A DNA stretch of 63,844 bases, counting the filler, from Chiloscyllium plagiosum (taxonomy: Eukaryota), in assembly GCF_004010195.1 (NCBI RefSeq). It is 4 parts of one record of this genome, joined end to end, with 100 filler letters (N's around TTAATTAATTAA, not from the genome) between each part and the next. Parts side by side here need not be neighbours in the genome. Positions count along the whole stretch, not along the records: positions 60,841 to 63,844 come from NC_057710.1; 3 more parts are not named here. One strand, given 5' to 3'. The position numbers and the translations under genes are program-made. The notes beneath the pieces were generated by a model, which was not told the DNA's origin, made no database searches, and worked only from the letters and a program-made list of their open reading frames with translations. Below are positions 63,465-63,844 of the stretch, piece after piece; position 1 is the first letter of the stretch, and each line of letters begins with the position of its first letter.

Positions 63465-63844
63465 ATATCATAGAGTCATAGAATCATAGAGATGTACAGC
63501 ATGAAAACAGACCCTTCGGTCCAACCCGTCCATGCTGACTAGATATCCCATCCCAATCTAGTCCCACCTGCCAGCACCCAGCCAATATCCCTCCAAACCC
63601 TTCCTATTCATATACCCATCCAAATACCTCTTAAATGTTGCAATTGTACCAGACTCCACCACATTCTCTGGCAGCTCATTCCATACACGTACCACCCTCT
63701 GCGTGAAAACGTTGCCCCATAGGTCTCTTTTATATCTTTCCCCTTTCACCCTAAACCTATTCCCTCTAGTTCTGGACTCCCCGACCCCAGGGAAAAGACT
63801 TTGTCTATTTATCCTATCCATGCCCCTCATAATTTTGTAAACCT
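63465..63844 (-). mobile_element. Young CR1 (HER1-like) LINE 3' end (window-truncated)
   Basis: ORF 63558-63830 and (atcataga/gtcataga)n tail. Confidence 0.92.

Overview
Repeat-dense vertebrate genomic DNA, most likely from a shark or other elasmobranch (HE1-type V-SINEs, CR1/HER1-type LINEs, Deu-SINE remnants). The window is four sequence blocks (1-28471, 28572-48212, 48313-60740, 60841-63844) joined by identical artificial 100-bp spacers (N44-TTAATTAATTAA-N44), so adjacency across the joins is unproven. The ORF track largely misses the host genes because the exons are short. Reading the minus strand gives the last three coding exons and probable 3'UTR of a gamma-secretase subunit APH-1 gene (21797-21924, 17769-17892, 7156-7172). 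It also gives a single, unusually divergent tropomyosin exon 3 (30551-30684). The rest is mostly nested transposon debris: CR1 LINEs of several ages, Penelope-like elements, Rex1/Babar, L2-type tails, SINEs, Tigger-type MITEs, a Harbinger remnant and two LTR-like sequences. The most notable non-coding signal is a set of minimal type-I hammerhead ribozyme motifs (CUGANGA / stem II / GAAA / palindromic stem III) in at least three Penelope pseudo-LTR families. Many sit in tiny TSD-flanked insertions, some of which fold back into long hairpins. Repeat boundaries are approximate and all family assignments are by eye, without database searches.
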